A stretch of 64,000 nt of DNA from Antedon mediterranea (lineage: Eukaryota; Animalia; Echinodermata). The stretch lies in assembly GCF_964355755.1 (NCBI RefSeq), contig NC_092670.1:13316795-13380794 (forward strand), in the 5' to 3' direction. The position numbers were made by a program, and so were the translations under genes. Positions 1-13,700 of the stretch are shown piece by piece. Under the pieces are notes generated by a model. It was not told where the DNA came from and searched no databases. It saw nothing but the letters and a program-made list of their open reading frames with translations. Position 1 is the first letter of the stretch. Each line of letters begins with the position of its first letter.

Positions 1-889
1 CAAATAATGTTTACAGGAATTTCAGAAAAAAAACAAGTACTGTAGTGCCTAGCGCTGTAGATTTTTGCGGCACGTATGTTTTTACTTCAAGGTGAGGGAA
101 GGAAAGTGTGCCTTTATTCGAGCAAGGAGGATAATTGAATCGTAATTTTCAAAATCAATGCAACTGTATAGACTAAATCAAATACAATCATAGAGATATT
201 ATAATGAATAATATCGCTAAGATATAAAATAGTTTAGCTAATTTATTAAAAAAAAAATTATTGTAACTTTACGAATACAAAAATACAGTGCAACAACATA
301 CCATACGACAAGAGAAGACAAACACAATAATTATACTATATCCACGATCCTCGGTCCGCAGATATAACTATAGAAATTTGGAATGCACATACCAAAGTAC
401 ACATTTCACTTTGTTACTTATTTTGAATATTAATTGGTATAACTGATCAAATTGATGAAAAACACAGTACAATGTTGTAGATAATTTGAAATTAACCCCA
501 AAATATAACAACCAGAGCAGAGAACAAGATGACGATAAAACAGATGGTATTTGGTTGAAATAAAATACCTTTTCTTATACAATGTATTTGGTAAATGTGT
601 GTATTATTATTATATTATTATACATTCAATACGATTGATTCAAAAACACAAGTTGGCATATTTTTTTTACTAAAATCTTGAATTCGATAATAATTATTTG
701 TCATCTCATTGCAACAGTTTTCATCATTTCTCATACAAATATGTTTTGTAATAGCTTTTATCCAGCTGCCATTCCTGCACTTAATTCTTGTGACACTTTT
801 TTATATAGTGACACTTATGTATATCTCAGAGCAAACACAATTTCTATGTATATTTTATATGCAAATGGAAATAATTTTCAACTGATGAA

Positions 890-946
890 TGAACAACAAC
901 AGAAAGCACACACAGACAATACTTAATGCTTGGAATGGAATTTATT
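890..946 (-). terminator. Candidate polyadenylation site of the mucin-like gene
   Basis: AATAAA on the minus strand (TTTATT at 941-946), followed about 25 nt downstream by a GU/U-rich tract (TTGTCTGTGTGTGCTTTCTGTTGTTGTT). Implies a 3' UTR of about 0.5 kb. Other TTTATT hexamers nearby lack such a clear tract. Confidence 0.5.
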
Positions 947-1419
947 CAATATAAGGTTGTCTAATTAAACAATGACAAAATGATAAAACATAGATTAAGG
1001 TCTCATTACTGTATTTCATTATTTTTTTAAAATTTATTCTTGTTCCTTCCTTAGTATTTTTTTTGGGGTATTGTTAATTGTTATTTAAATCAATGTGTTT
1101 CAATTAATTTTAGGCCTATCGATTATCATATGAACTTCATCACACTTTTTCCATTTAGGAGCAAACTTCATTGTTGAAGGTTACTGCTCCGCTGGCTCTA
1201 GCTTTTGTGTGTGGTACATACACAGTTAAATAATCTTATTTATAAAGAGTACAGGCTGATTTCTCTGTATTTTCAATTTTCACATTTGTCAATTTTTATT
1301 TCATTTTAAAATTAATAATACTGTACTCCAATTAAACTATTACAATCTGTTAAATTTAAACAAAATAGGAATGGAAGGGTTTTAAAATAAATATTTAAAT
1401 TATATGTTGTTCTCTTTAT

Positions 1420-1754
1420 TTAGGGTAACTCTTCTCCGTTTACGAAGCCCATATTGCTGACCAAGTCTTCATTGTTTATGTCCTCACATAACTCACAACT
1501 GCATGCTTCGATCACGTAGTACTCCAATGTCTCAATTCTTTCACCTGCGCAAGACAGTTCCAAGGTAGCCTTAGAGGTTGATATCGGTTTGCAACAGTTA
1601 CAGTTGGACTCGATGTATGGCTTAGTGGTTGTGGTGTTAGTTGTTGACTGGCAACGACCAGCGCATGACGTCTTGATGAGTGGTTCAGATGCGACGCAGT
1701 CATCCACTGTAAACTCTTCTTCATACTCTGTATGTACATCACATTTGTTGACGT
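1420..1754 (-). CDS. Terminal exon: C-terminal cystine knot (CTCK) with acidic tail
   Basis: DVNKC...DDC...SCAGRCQS...CNCCKP...LSC...ACSCELC: 11 Cys with CxGxC, CxCC and CxC motifs of VWF/mucin knots; acceptor ttacag; TAA at 1420-1422. Confidence 0.93.
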
Positions 1755-4700
1755 CTGTAATTAAAGATATTGCATTAGTAAGAAAACACAAAATTGGTGA
1801 CCAATCAATTGCATTTGAATGTATAAAAAAAGTCCTAAAAATTTACTTTGAAATTTAGAACAAAAATGGAAAGAAAAAATGACTATGACCAAAAGATATA
1901 ACTAGGCCTACTGATGATCGATTATTAAATGCATTTGAAATTCTAATAGTATAAAATAAAAACATTGTACAAGCCAACATAACTGTTCATTGGGTATTCA
2001 TTCATTCATTGGTATTGGGCAGTGATAGATGCAGAATTTTGGAGAGGCGCTACAGATAAATAAGAGAGGAAATCTCCAACACAAAAACTAGCAGTATACA
2101 ATAGCGTTGGAGAAAAGAGTCTAATATGAACCATAAATGTAACTCTATACAAATTGCTATGAAAAGGCATATTTCTATAGTTTTACTAAGTTAAAGAAGG
2201 TGATGGACATGACCTAGCAAGTAAAGCTCGGTCCACAATATCAAATTTTATGTGACAGAAACATTTGGGGTGCCCATATATGGACATGATGATATCATAT
2301 CACTACCATGTTTGGGCACATCATACTGTTTTTGTCAAACTAATTTGATAGTGTAGACCGTGCTTAATATACTGTATATGAAGAGGATTGTATTCTGCAC
2401 TATCCAATGTTATTTTAATAGGCCTACACAGGTGTAGTTATTATTAGTTTCTGAATAAATGAAAAATACACTTTAGTGGGACCAGCCTTTTGATAGGACG
2501 GGTCTCCAAGTTTAAAGAGTGGAGTTTAATATTAAGAAAAGAAGTGTAGCCTCAGAAGTATTGTTTTATAGATTTTCAATACCTTTTGAACAGATTTACA
2601 TGACGGGTTAATATGTCATTGGTTTAAAGTAAAATAATTGTACAAATGGTTTCCAATATAAAAAATCCCTCAAATTAGTCAATGATTTCCCAGGCCTGGA
2701 AAATATTTTAGTAAAAATATGACTATATATGTTTATGTACACTATTTTGTTTCGCGTTGACTTTGGTCGTACGGCCTGTTGCAGCACTGTATTTTGAAAA
2801 ATTCAATCCTCCTAATTTTTTTTAGTCACTATACACAGAAACGTTGATGCATACATAATCCTAAGCATGTTTATATGCATACATCATCTGTTTTTCTTTG
2901 AGATTATTGACGGGTTTTGGTAGTATTAACCAAATAAATTAAGGTAAATTATCAAATAATATTATATGTTCGAATGAACTAATGTGGCATTTATAGTAAA
3001 TTTAACTGATAAATATAAAGATTAAAAACAACAGAGAAAAGCAAACAATTCGTACCGCATACTGGACAGCATTCACCTTCGAGAGTAACAGGGTTTCCCT
3101 GAAAAAAAAAAGAAAATTAATTAAATGTAACTGTATAGTCATGAGGTTGACTCTCAATCAATGATGTGTTTAATAATATATAAAATCATAATGTTGAATA
3201 AAGGTCTATATGGTGAATAATTACTGCTAATATTAGGCTTGTAGGACACCAGGAAATAAAGTATGGCTTAGATAATGAAAGCATAATGGAAAAATGCAAT
3301 ACTATTTATTTTAAGCATATATCATGCCAGCTAAGTCTCTATGGTGTCATATTAGTGTTATTGTTACCTAAATCGTAGTGTTATAGTAATGTACTTTTGA
3401 AAGATTGAACGTATAATACTTACATTTGGACAGTCAAGTGGTTCACATTCAACTCTCTCATCCTGAATTCCATCATAGGTACAGATTTCGGTACTACATG
3501 GGTCATTATTAGGTATGGTTTCACCAGGCTAATAAAATAATACAACAATTACAATTAAGAGTCAAACAAAATATTAGGTGAATCAATAACTGTGCGATTA
3601 AACAAAAACATTTATGAGGGGAAGGCGTGGTGTGGTACAGCAGGATAGGCCTATGATTTCTCTCTCGTTGACCGATTCTATTGACAGCCTTAACAAAGCA
3701 CAACACATGTCAATAATGGTTCAATACCAATTGGTGTTCTTTTCAAGATGATTTATTCTTTTGATTGTAAATCTGTTAAGGACTAGTATTAGTACATTTA
3801 GGCTACATTTAACATTATGAAAAATAGATATTGAAGTAGTTAGAGTAGAACGTACCGAATATCTAACGCCATTGTACATACAATCTGAAAGAAAAATAAA
3901 TAATTGTATACAGTAACTACATTTATCTTAATCAAAGGAAAATCAGCAAAGAAAAAGCAAGAAAGTAGAAATGGAATAATCCTTTTTAGTTTTAATCCTA
4001 GCAGTCGAGGCTGTCATGTTTTCTGGAGATTCATGTGCCTGTAAATATCGCAAATTTTGAGTTTGCAAACTACAGTTTGGTAGGCTAGACATATTTTGGT
4101 AAACAAATTATTCTAAACTTACATGACTCAGTGGTTGAAGGTACTGTCGTTGCTGTAAAACAAACAATTAAAGCATTTAAATATGGTAAAACTCGGTGAT
4201 AAACACTATCAAATACGGTTAAAAAACAACATAATACAATAGTTACTTCATCATCATCACTGCACTCCAATTAAGTCACTTAATTAACTCACATAAGAGA
4301 CAAGCATAACTATAGGTAAGGTTTAGCTTGTGAAACCGATTGTCTATAATACTCACGTTTCTCAGTTGTGACAGCTGTGGTTCTAGTTGTTGTCATTGTG
4401 GTAGTTGGTGTTTCTGTTGTAACAACAACAGTCGTTTCTGTCGGAGTTGCAGTGGTAACCTTGGTCGTTGTCTCAGTTGGTGTCATAGTTGTTACAGTGG
4501 TTACAGTTGTTGTTGGTGATATGGTTGTTTCTTCTTTGGTTGTAACATACGGTGTAGTCTTGGTTGTGGTAATGGTAGTTGTACGCAATGGTGTTGTTGG
4601 TTTCCTGGTTGTAGTTTCGGTGGTTGTTGTAACATGAGTTGTCTCAGTTGTAACTGACAAGAAATAATATGTAACAGAGTGTGTCAACATTAACTGTTAT

Positions 4701-7700
4701 TTGGTATCTTTCCAATCAACCCTAGAAATAGTACTAAATAAACCAGGTAATATTCAAATACAACTTCCTCCGAAGGTCCTAGAAGGTCCACATTGCTATA
4801 AAGTTTGAGAACGTGCTTAAATTCAGAAGTAAGATATTATATTGCACAAAATAGATACTTACCCTCAACTCTACAACCACGGAAGCTAAATTTCACAGCT
4901 ACAGGTTCTTCTCCGGAGCTTGTAAATACAATCTTCACTTTATCTAATGGACCAACTAATCCATCTAGTCTGACAACTGGTGAATCCACTTCATAACTCT
5001 AACAATTAGAAACATAATATATATTTTTTCAGTTTTAGGCCAGGTAAACACAGTGTTATTCAACTTTATAGGGCCTTCTAAATGTTACTTTAAAGAAAAA
5101 TATGGTGTAATGGTAAGCAATTGAATTAGCTTGTGAGAAGGGAATTAGTTGAAGCTGGGTTGTCTTGCTTGTGTCCTTAGACAAGGTTCTTTAAGCTACT
5201 AAAATGAATCTTTGGTGTTCCTTTTTGTTTGTTGATAATTGCACATATATTTAGTACATGAATAAACATGGTTTTAAAATAACAGATGATTATCTCTCTG
5301 TGTGTTGATTGAAAGATACCTTTGTTGTACTGGAGCGATTTTTGTTTACAATGGAAATACAATTTACAAGTCAACATAATAAAAAATTCTTGCATACAAA
5401 TTTGAAAGAAAACATTATTTACCGTTCTTGCTTCAACTGACAAATCTCCTCTGAAGAATGTCACCTGTATGGCACTGACAATGCCACTTCCAACATCTTC
5501 AAACACAATAGCAGCCAATTGAACTGGATAGAGGAATGTTGTTTCAACCCATGCTCCTTCAGAAACATCTGGTATAAATCCTTCATCAAGTGAAGAACCA
5601 GTACCAGGACTTGAAGTTCGATCATCTTCTGCATCTTCTTCAGTCAGTGGTTCATAACAAGCAGGCTCTGTACAGACAGAAACAATGTTAGAATGTCTTT
5701 GTAGTTTATAACATCCTTGTCATTTAATTGGTTAATCTCTTATCATGTGCCATTCAGTATTAGTTCTATTGCACGAAGACAATTCTATTTATTGGTTTAC
5801 ATCCATTTCATTACTTAATAATTTGCGATTTTAGAATTATAATTTTATTATTAAATTGAATGTATATTTAATGTTGATATTTAATGGTAATTTTGAATGT
5901 TTAACATTTTGAGAGTTTGTACAAACAATGAATGTTTTTGTATATTTATTTCAGTTCTGTTGCATTGAATAGAACGGTCAAATTTGCAAATCATAAAATA
6001 TTCTCCTTATTCATCTCATAACCATTCATTATTTGTTTACTAATTATTATCTGATGAATATAATTCAATGAATAAGTAGTAATGCGATGTAAGAAGGTGT
6101 AATACAGATCATTCATTTCAGGTCAATATGGTAAATTAGGTTTTAGTTTTGGATTTACTACATATGTAATGTCATGTAATCACTTACCTGTGGTTTCCAT
6201 TGGTGTTGTAACTGACATAGTTGTAGACTCGGTAGTTATTCTGGTTGTTGGTAATACAGTAGTGGTTTTCTCTGTTGTCATTACGTGAGTAGTTGTTGGT
6301 GAGACTGTTGTAGATTCTTTAGTTGTTGTGGTCTCAGTGGTTGTCTCAACTAAATAAAAAACAAATACAAATACGTGTCTTTATTACTGTAATGGTGGCA
6401 CATAGCATCTTTCTTTCTCAATCTGTTTTAGTTCACTGTTCTTCCTTGGTTAATTACAATATACTGAAAATGACTAATGGAATATATAATAGTGAAAATG
6501 TATTATTCTCAATGTTAGTAGTATTATATGACTAAAAAATGCTCTTGTTTTGAGATGAGAGCATGTCATGTACTCCATCACACATACTTTTTTTGTTTCA
6601 ATTTGTAATAAAGAAATAAATTCTATGGACCAGAGATTCCGAATTAAAAGATTAATTGAAAATGGAATAAAATAACTAAAAATTGTAGTAAAATACTACA
6701 AAATCGAATGTGGAATCTGTAAATAAGAATTAAATAAGATTTGTTTCATAAGATCCTAAACCTCGTTTAAAGAAAGCATTAAACTAAACGTTAAAGTATA
6801 AAATTATATAAAAATTATGTATTTATATAAACTAAATGACTGAAAACAGTAAATACCGTTAGCTAAGCAACCAATCAAATTAGCTCTGAAGGTTACAGGA
6901 CTGCTGGAAGAAACACTTATTTTAAGTGCCTTTACCATGTTGAGCTCAATGTCGAAATTAAGAACATTAGAATAATCAGCTGGATTAATGTTGAACTGAA
7001 AAAGTAAAAAAAGAATTGTTTGATCATAAATTATTATCACATTTTCAAGAGTACTGTAAAGGACATTCATGCAGTTATAGTTTAATATGGACTGCTCCAA
7101 GGTAATTCAGGTATCTGAATCTTAAGGTTTTACTTTACATGAAAAATTTGATATACTGTGCCAATGCAGCAACTCTCCAGATTCTCTCCTTGTAATGGTC
7201 TCATTTGTTATCAAGCAAAGTAATAAGTATGTCACAATATATGCCAATCTCTGCTATAATCCTTTAAACTTACTCAATGAAACTGTACTAGATATAGTCC
7301 CTAGGGACATAAGTATTACCCACCTAAATATTATTAAATGATGTTCGGATCATTTCACAGTTAAGTATATTTTTGATTTGTTAGATTTTAAAGGACAACT
7401 TGACCAAGGACCATATTTTCACAACGTATTAGGGATGTACATATGATTTCAGAACATTAAAATCGCGTGATTAAGGATATCGCCGCACGCGCTCGCCGTA
7501 CAGCCGTCACCGTAAATTGCTGTAATGAGTCCAGATAAGCAAAGAAACAATAACAAAAATCAACATTTATATTTTTTACGATTTATTTACAAAGTGTTTA
7601 CTAGAAATTTTCGCGATTTGCCAGACTTTGCCAGAAAACTCATGGCGTAAATTTTGCGATGGACCTGTGACGTCACAGCAATTTACGGTGACGGCTGTAC

Positions 7701-10700
7701 GGCGAGCGCGTGCGGGGATATCCTTAATCTCGCGATGGTTCTAAAATCATATGTACATCCTTAATACGTTGTTAAAATATGGTCCTTGGTCAAGTTGGCC
7801 TTTAATGAAATTAACTATCTACAAAACTTACTGTTTCCACATTTATGTCAATCCATTCTTCATTATTTGGCTCTTGATAAGAGACAACAAAGTTTATTCC
7901 ATCACCAGAACCTTCACCTTGGACGTCAACTCCCATTAATTGAATTGGCTTACTGAACCGCACCAACAATACACCATCAACATCAATGCTCAAAGATGGT
8001 GACCAAGGACTATCACTATCAATAAGACTTGTGTCATCGGAATCCAAAACACCATCCAGGTAGCGCTTGACATCAAGTGGAGAGGTCAAAGCATCAACTC
8101 CAAGAGATTTTCTACAAGGTCCTAAAATAAACGACAAATCTGTAAGTTTAAGTAATAATGCATGGATGAGACGGAAATTACCATCTACCGGCAAATAGAA
8201 CACGGATCTTGATAATTGCTAAAGGGGTTGTCAAACACACGGCCACCCTGTGGTTCTTTTTTGGCCAGCCTGCGGTCTGAGGGCGCTAGACATTTGGCCA
8301 GCCTGTGGTCCCGAGGGCGCTACCATGAAAACACACAGCCCGTCTCAGCTCTGTAATTCTTTTTTGGCCAGCCTGTGGTCCGAGGGCGTTAGACATACTG
8401 GCCAGCCTGTGGTCCCAAGGGCGCTAGACATAACTTTTCAATGCTTTTCTAAAGTGAGCCCTCTACAGCTGTTTTTATTTTATAAAAACTTCACTGTGCT
8501 TTGACAAGAATATGTGTTGTAATTTATGGGTCTTAATGTATTATATTAGATTATTATTTTTTATATTAAATAATGTTTTTGGACACATTTACGGCCGCCA
8601 TCTTGTTGGTTCCCCCTCCTGTTGGAATCACTTTTCAGTCTGGAGTACGCCCTCTAGTGTTCTTATTACATCTCTCTGTCTATGGCTCTCTGGCTGACCG
8701 AAATGTCTAGCGCCCTCGGGACCACAGGCTGGCCAAATATCTAGCGCCATCGGACCACAGGCTGGCCATAAAAGAACCACAGGCTGGCCGTGAGTTTGAC
8801 GACCCCTGCTCGATAATTGAAGAGTGTGGGACCACCTCAGATAATAATATATAATAATAATAAATAATGTAATATAATAGAAAAAAAAATTAAATACACA
8901 ATGCATATGGCAAGCAGCAATTAATACACTGATAATTATAAAAACAATCTAACCTTCAGTTGTTTCTGCTGATGTTGTCATCTTGGAAGTTGTAGTTTCT
9001 ACAATCATTGTTGTAGGTGATGGTGTAGTGACGGTTGTATATGTTGACGTTTGTGTGGTTGTTGGCATCACTGTTGTAGTAACTGGTTCAGTTGTAACCA
9101 TAGTGGTGATTGTGGTTGTTGGCATCTCTGTTGTGGTTGTTGGCATTTCTGTTGTGGTTGTTGGCATTTCTGTCGTGGTTGTTGGCTGCATTGTGGTTGT
9201 TGTTGGCTGCATTGTTGTGGTTGTTGGTGGCATCTCTGTTGTTGGCAGAATTGTTGTAGTTGTTGGCGGCATCTCTGTTGTTGACAGAATTGTTGTGGTT
9301 GTTGGCGGCATCTCTGTTGTTGGCAGAATTGTTGTGGTTGTTGGTGGCATTTCTGTTGTTGGCAGAATTGTTGTGGTTGTTGGCGGCATTTCTGTGGTGG
9401 TAGTTGGCATCTCTGTTGTGGTTTGGGTTGTAGGTTCTGTAAAATTTGAACACACAATTCTCTACATAAACACAAGATTTTGATTGTTCATATTACAACT
9501 TCTAAACATAATTGAAAATACTGTCACAGTAAAGTGTAATTTGAAAGTTTCAAATAGGCAAATATGATTAGTGAAATAAACCCTATGTTAAAAAAAACCT
9601 TTTAAAAGACATTTAAAACTTACCATACTCAATACATCCAACAAATTCCACTGTCAATGACATGCCCTCTGATACTTCTACAACTGTAATTTCTATCTTG
9701 ATTACATCCTTAATTCCTTCTCCAGAGAACAGCACTCTATCTTTTACGTTGTTTCCAGTAAGGTCTTTGTTGAAAACCTGGAGATGTAGATTGTAGTTGT
9801 TGTTTAAAGCAGAAATAAAAACAAATATTTTTTTTTATGAGCTTTTTTTATATAAAACATGAATGCTGCACATGGGGTTCCTAAGGTATCTAAAAGCCTT
9901 TCCGAACAACATGAAAACTTACCACTGGATCACCATTACCATCAACAATAGTAGTCAAATCCACATCCCCCTTTTGTGCATACTGAACTGTAAAAGACAC
10001 ACTTCCTTCACTTTGACTCTTGATATCAACTCCTGTTACTCTCAATGGTTGAGTATAAGTAACCTTTAGCCAATCATCAATAACAATACTCCATCCAGAT
10101 GTGGTAGTTTCTGAATCTACATCTTCTCCATTATTTGTTTCTCTAAGATTTTCCAAGTCTTCCTTAAGTTGACGCAGAGGTTCAACGCATTCTAATGAAG
10201 ATTTGAAGATAACTCAAGCCTTTATTTATAGAATTGAGGACTAAAAATAGAGTTTACATTGTCATTTAGTTTTACTGTTATTTTGTATTTTGAGTTGCAG
10301 TATTTTATACTTATTTACCCATATATGTGGTTGGCTGGATCGTCGTTGTGGTTGGTGGCATCTCTGTTGTGGTTGTAGGCATTTCGGTTGTGGTTGTAGG
10401 CATCTCTGTCGTGGTTGTTGGTTGCATTGTGGTTGTTGTAGTTGTGGTAGTTGGCAACATTGTTGTTGGCATATTCGTTGTTCGTACAGTTGTAATCTTT
10501 GTTGTGGACATAGGAGTCGTGGTCACTTCTAGGATACACAATTAAAGAAAAGGAGTCAGATTTAAAGTTATTGAAACAATAACATAATGATCATATTGAG
10601 GCAGTTTATATAAAGAGATAGCAAGAGAGAATTGTGGATCATGGAGGAAATAATGGGTGGATAAAGCAATTTCCTTCAGGGAATAAGTATCCATTATTAT

Positions 10701-13700
10701 GTGTGAATTCAGAATGCACCTCAAAGAGCATAAAGACATTTTAAAACATTATAGGGTTTCTGGTTTTAAGAATGACTATTTTCAGATGAGTGAACACTAT
10801 CCATATCACTGTTTTAAAGATATGTCTTATTATATACAGTATTACTTATTAAACTCACCAGTTGTTTTAATGGTCGTTTTTGTAGTAGGCATCATTGTTG
10901 TGGTTGTTGGCATTTCAGTTGTGGTAGTTGGCATCTCTGTTGTGGTTGTTGGCGGCATCTCTGTAGTTGGCAGAATTGTTGTAGTTGTTGGTGGCATTTC
11001 TGTTGTTGGCAGAATTGTTGTGGTTGTTGGTGGCATCTCTGTTGTTGGCAGAATTGTTGTGGTTGTTGGTGGCATCTCTGTTGTTGGCAGAATTGTTGTG
11101 GTTGTTGGTGGCATCTCTGTTGTTGGCAGAATTGTTTTGGTTGTTGGTGGCATTTCTGTTGTTGGAAGAATTGTTGTGGTTGTTGGTGGCATCTCTGTTG
11201 TTGGCAGAATTGTTGTGGTTGTTGGTGGCATTTCTGTTGTTGGAAGAATTGTTGTGGTTGTTGGTGGCATCTCTGTTGTTGGCAGAATTGTTGTGGTTGT
11301 TGGTGGCATTTCTGTTGTTGGCATCTCTGTTGTGGTTGTTGGCATCTCTGTTGTGGTTTGGGTTGTAGGTTCTTAAAAAAAAACACATGGTTTTAAACTT
11401 ACTGTACATACTTATGCAAATTGACATAGATAATCAGAAGTGAATTCATTCATTATCCCTCTCAAAGGTGACAATCCTGCTCACAGGACAAATTTATACA
11501 CACAATTTTCTACATAAACAAAATATTTAGGAGTTCTTTAAGATTCTGATTTTTCAAAATACAACTTCTAAACAGCATTGAAAATAATGATATATCACAG
11601 TAAAGTATAATTTGAAAGTTTCAGCTAGGTAAATATGATTCATGAAATATACGCTTACGTTTAAAAAAAATTTACTCTTTTAGAGACATTTAAAACGTAC
11701 CATACTCAATACATCCAACAAATTCCACTGTCACTGACATGCCTTCTGATACTTCTACAACTGTAATTTCTATCTTGATTACATCCTTAATTCCTTCTCC
11801 AGGGAACAGCACTCTATCTTTTATGCTGGAACCAGTAAGGTCTTTGTTGAAAACCTGGAGATATAGATTGTAGTTGTTGTTTAAAGCAGAAATAAAAAAC
11901 TAGAATTTTGTATTTGTTCATGAGCTGTCGCCATTAACATGTCACATCAACTAGACTTATAATACAAACTTGAATGGAGAACATACTGCACCTGCTGCAC
12001 ATGGGGTTCCTAAGGTATCTAAAAGTCTTGTAATACCTTTTCCAAACAACATAAAAACTCACCACTGGATCACCATTATTATCAACAATGGTAGTGAAAT
12101 CCACATCTCCCTTTTGTGCATACTGAACTGTAAAAGACACACTTCCTTCAGCTTGACTCTTGATATCAACTCCTGTTACTCTCAATGGTTGAGTATAAGT
12201 AACCTCTAGCCAATCATTAATAACAATACTCCATCCAGATGTGGTAGTTTCTGAATCCACATCTTCTCCATTATTTGTTTCTCTAAGATTTTCCAAGCCT
12301 TCCTTAAGTTGACGTAGAGGTTCAACGCATTCTAATGAAGATTTGAAGATAACCCAAGCATTTATTTATAAAATTGAAGACTAAAAATAGAATTTACATG
12401 GTCATATAGTTACTATTATTTTGTAATTTGAGCAGTATTTTATACTTATTTACCCATATATGTGGTTGGCTGGATCATCGTTGTGGTTGGTGGCATCTCT
12501 GTTGTGGTTGGTGGCATCTCTGTTGTGGTTGTTGGCATCTCTGTTGTGGTCGTTGGCATCTCTGTTGTCGGTGGTGGTTTTTCAGTGGTAATTACTGTAG
12601 TTATTTCTGTTGTGCTTTCTGTTGTTGTGTACCGAGTGGTTTCGAGTTTAGTAGTTGTTTCGGTTACTGTAGTAACCTTGGTAGTTGGCTGTTCTGTTGT
12701 CACTGATGTTGTAGGCATAATTGTTGTTGTTGGTCTTATCGTGGTTGTTCTTGGTCGAGTTGTTGTTGTTTCTGTTGTAGTTGTTTGTGTAGTGGTTGTT
12801 GGTGCCTCTGTTGTAACAATTGTTGTTGTTAATGTAGTTGTTTGTGGCAAACATTGACAGCATCCTACAGTAGAAAGAACCATACCACGCTGAAAAAAAA
12901 AATTATCATTTAAAAAATTGCAATTTATATATACATAGTATGTCTACATTGTTCAAAGAGAAAAAAATATATATATATAGGCCTATATAAATAATATAAT
13001 TACACTGTTTATATACATAATAATTAATTTATTAAGAGAAGAAGCTTTAGAGATTATTGATTGAAATTTAATCAAGTCTAGATTTGGTGTCATAATTTGC
13101 TTGAGTAGAATCTAAACTGTACACATTATAATATTAAAATTATTAGACAAAAACGACAGTTTCAAGTCAATATACATTTATAGTGAATGAACCACAGTAT
13201 TGGTACATACTTCAGCACATGTTTCTTCCGACAGACGGCAATCATCGTTACATTCAGTCTTTCCCTCAGCATTGCATACACACCTAGAGCATTCACCTTC
13301 CCAGAATACTTCATTATACTATAAGAAACATATCAAAACAATAATATAGTAAGGTTGGTTCATACCATACTAAACGAGACAGAATTAGGTAGGAATAAAT
13401 AATAATACATAAAGACATTTTTTAATCTATACATTTATCTCTTGTTTTACAATTAAACAAATTTCAGCGTCTATTTTATGTTGAAGATGGTTTAACAGGT
13501 ACTGATACAGTAATAGGGATTTTCACCCAGACACATAGGTTTGATGGTCTAGGTCCAGGTGATGAATGAAGACACATTGATTGACCTGACCTAAGTTGTC
13601 ACAAATCTGTAATGAGAAGGACCTGAATCAATCAAGAACAGACACACAGAAGGAAATTAGAATACTTCCAAACTATTTATAACAACTTACACTGTATGTT

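Noticed and set aside
678-926. 82-aa plus-strand ORF
   Set aside because: TTG start, AT-rich low-information sequence just past the predicted 3' UTR, no motif.
10859-11371. Regular 39-bp repeats resembling a CRISPR array
   Set aside because: No unique spacers, no cas genes, eukaryotic context; this is a coding VNTR.
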